Of a DNA stretch of 46,186 nt, positions 44,428-46,186 are shown in pieces. How positions within the stretch are numbered: position 1 is the first letter of the stretch; each line of letters opens with the position of its first letter. Location: the NCBI GenBank assembly GCA_033865115.1, contig JAWONR010000175.1:1-46186 (forward strand). The letters are read 5' to 3'. Both the position numbers and the translations under genes were made by a program. Origin of the DNA: Candidatus Persebacter sydneyensis (GTDB lineage: Bacteria > Pseudomonadota > Gammaproteobacteria > Tethybacterales > Persebacteraceae). The notes under the pieces are model-generated. The model ran no database searches and was not told where the DNA came from. It saw only the letters and a list, made by a program, of their open reading frames with translations.

Positions 44428-44619
44428 ATGTTGCGAATCATCGCCATTGTTTTACTGTGTTTTATAGTCGTCAATTTATTTATTGGATTGTTTCATATTT
44501 TGCGCGGCGGCGGTAAAAGTGAAAAAACCGTACGTATTTTGGCGTTGCGCGTTGCGTTGTCGGTGTTGTTGTTTTTGTTGATTGTTCTTTCGGCGTGGTG
44601 GAGTTCTTCTCCGGAATAG
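44428..44619 (+). CDS. Twin-transmembrane-helix small protein (DUF2909-like)
   Basis: 63 aa with two hydrophobic helices separated by a basic loop (RGGGKSEKTVR). It is divergent from SURF1, an arrangement commonly seen in aa3-oxidase clusters. Confidence 0.6.
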   Translation: MLRIIAIVLLCFIVVNLFIGLFHILRGGGKSEKTVRILALRVALSVLLFLLIVLSAWWSSSPE

Positions 44620-44643
44620 CTTCACACATTGAAAGATAACACC

Positions 44644-45384
44644 ATGACACGCGCTCCCTATCAATTAAACGAAAAGCCGGTAGGCGCGCCGCCATTGGCA
44701 CCGCCGCCGGAAGTGTTGCGCGGCAAATATATCGCGTTGGAGCCTTTAACAACGGCAAATGATGACACTTTTGCCGAATTGTTTGCGGTTTCGCACGGTG
44801 ACGAAACGCGCGAATCAGTGTGGAGGTTTTTGCCATATGGGAAGTTTGCCGATGCGGGGGAGATGGCGGCGTTTTATCGCCGCGAGTCAGAGGCGGGAGA
44901 CCCGCAGTTTTATGTGGTGCGTCATTTGTCTGAAAACACCGCCGCCGGCATTGTGAGTTATTTACGGATATTTCCCGGCTCGCATTCCATTGAAATCGGG
45001 CATATTTGGCATGCCGCGGCGCATCAGCGCGGACGGGCGAATACAGAGGCGGTTTTTTTACTGGCGGACAATATTTTTTCGCGCGGGTTTCGGCGGTTGG
45101 AATGGAAATGTAACGCGCTCAACATGAGTTCGCGGCATGCGGCGTTGCGTTTGGGTTTTGCTTTTGAAGGCGTTTTTCGGCAATGCACCATTTCTAAAAA
45201 CAAAAACCGTGATACGGCATGGTTTGCGGTGTTGGATGATGATTGGAAAACGGTACGGCGACATTTTCAAGAGTGGTTGGATTCGCCGCCGGGGACGGTG
45301 TCATTGGCGGAAAAGAATTTACCGTTGGTGGAATGGTCTTTGCCCGCGCATGAATTTTGGACTCCTGCGCGCGGCGGTTTATGA
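44644..45384 (+). CDS. GNAT-family N-acetyltransferase (RimJ/RimL-like)
   Basis: About 246 aa. Acetyl-CoA-binding core pattern (IEIGHIW...QRGRANTEAVFLLADNIFSRGFRRLEWKC...N..S...A.RLGF..EG). The start is set at ATG 44644; TTG 44629 is possible. Confidence 0.8.
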   Translation: MTRAPYQLNEKPVGAPPLAPPPEVLRGKYIALEPLTTANDDTFAELFAVSHGDETRESVWRFLPYGKFADAGEMAAFYRRESEAGDPQFYVVRHLSENTAAGIVSYLRIFPGSHSIEIGHIWHAAAHQRGRANTEAVFLLADNIFSRGFRRLEWKCNALNMSSRHAALRLGFAFEGVFRQCTISKNKNRDTAWFAVLDDDWKTVRRHFQEWLDSPPGTVSLAEKNLPLVEWSLPAHEFWTPARGGL

Positions 45385-45391
45385 TTCGCAA

Positions 45392-46159
45392 ATGACAAAG
45401 ACGACAGCGGACGCACGGCGAGAATGGCGCGGAGCCGGAGTGGTGATTACCGGCGGCGGGTCGGGCGTGGGGACGGCATTGGCGGAATTGTTTGCGGCGG
45501 AGGGGGCAAAGATTCTTTTGGTTGGACGGGATGAAAACAAACTGCGCATGGTCTGTGAAAAAATCGGCGGTGAGTTTTTGGCGGGTGATGTCGGAGATTC
45601 CGCATTTTGCGAGCGCGCATTGTCGGAGGCGGAGTCGCATTTTGGAAGATTGGACGCATTGATGAACAATGCCGGCGTTATTGTTCGTGATACGGCGGCG
45701 GATTTGTGTGATGAAGATTGGTCTCGGACAATTCGCACGAATTTGGACGGTGTTTTTTATATGAGTCGCGGCGCATTGAGGCGGATGCAAAAACAAAAAC
45801 ACGGTGCGATTGTGAATGTATTGTCCACCGCCAGTTTGGTGGGAGTGTCGGGATTGTCGGCATATTGCGCCAGCAAAGGCGGAGCCGTGCAACTCACGCG
45901 CTCACTTGCATTGGAATGTGCGGCGGACGGCGTGACTGTGAATGCCGTTTGTCCCGGCGCGATTGATTCGCCAATGTTGTATTCCGCGCATCCCGACGGG
46001 ACAACTGTTGACCAAGTGCGCGCCCGTAATATTGCGGCAATTCCACATGGACGACTGGCGACACCGCTTGAAGTCGCACGGGCGGCGTTGTTTTTGGCGT
46101 CTGAACCGCACATCACGGGGGTGATGTTGCCGGTGGACGGAGGATATACCGCTCAATAA
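45392..46159 (+). CDS. Short-chain dehydrogenase/reductase (SDR)
   Basis: TGGGSGVG cofactor motif, NNAG, catalytic S...YCASK, and PG.I.SPM. 255 aa from ATG 45392. Confidence 0.9.
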   Translation: MTKTTADARREWRGAGVVITGGGSGVGTALAELFAAEGAKILLVGRDENKLRMVCEKIGGEFLAGDVGDSAFCERALSEAESHFGRLDALMNNAGVIVRDTAADLCDEDWSRTIRTNLDGVFYMSRGALRRMQKQKHGAIVNVLSTASLVGVSGLSAYCASKGGAVQLTRSLALECAADGVTVNAVCPGAIDSPMLYSAHPDGTTVDQVRARNIAAIPHGRLATPLEVARAALFLASEPHITGVMLPVDGGYTAQ

Positions 46160-46186
46160 GTCAAACAAAGCCGCAATACGGATGTG

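Overview
This is a 46 kb, moderately GC-rich stretch of core chromosome. It is most likely proteobacterial, and the gene order looks gammaproteobacterial. That call rests on two things: a dcw cluster running mraZ to lpxC, and a short coiled-coil gene, zapA and a 6S RNA in series. About 17 kb (6.0-23.7 kb) is a complete division/cell-wall cluster: mraZ-rsmH-ftsL-ftsI-murE-murF-mraY-murD-ftsW-murG-murC-murB-ddl-ftsQ-ftsA-ftsZ-lpxC. Nearly every junction in it overlaps the neighbouring gene.

Flanking content on the left: the 3' end of atpC, coupled to a membrane desaturase and a small unknown gene; a large unassignable membrane-anchored protein; and leuC.

Flanking content on the right:
- a transporter/oxidoreductase/xth/selD block and tRNA-Pro(CGG)
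- a long minus-strand block: tRNA-Ile, ribE, yajC, fused secDF, a thioredoxin-fold gene, a ZapB-like gene, zapA, 6S RNA, an EVE-domain gene, a TauE-family gene and recX
- a CPA2 antiporter, efp and a csp gene
- a tight minus-strand string of SURF1, a CxxxC protein, an M24 hydrolase, a racemase-superfamily protein and diaminopropionate ammonia-lyase
- a DUF2909-like small protein, a GNAT acetyltransferase and an SDR

I saw no rRNA, CRISPR array, transposase, integrase, phage genes or recognisable defence system.

The items most worth a second look:
1. An orphan ~830-aa protein in the slot where leuD is expected.
2. A structurally canonical 6S RNA that overlaps the zapA 3' end and abuts the start codon of the next gene.
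3. An M24 / racemase-like / DpaL operon that suggests an uncharacterised route feeding 2,3-diaminopropionate.
4. A recurring TATAAT-N6-8-ATG layout with no Shine-Dalgarno, which implies leaderless mRNAs.
5. An in-frame secD-secF fusion.

I cannot show that any of these is a new multi-gene system. All family calls come from motif and sequence recognition by eye; no database search was run.
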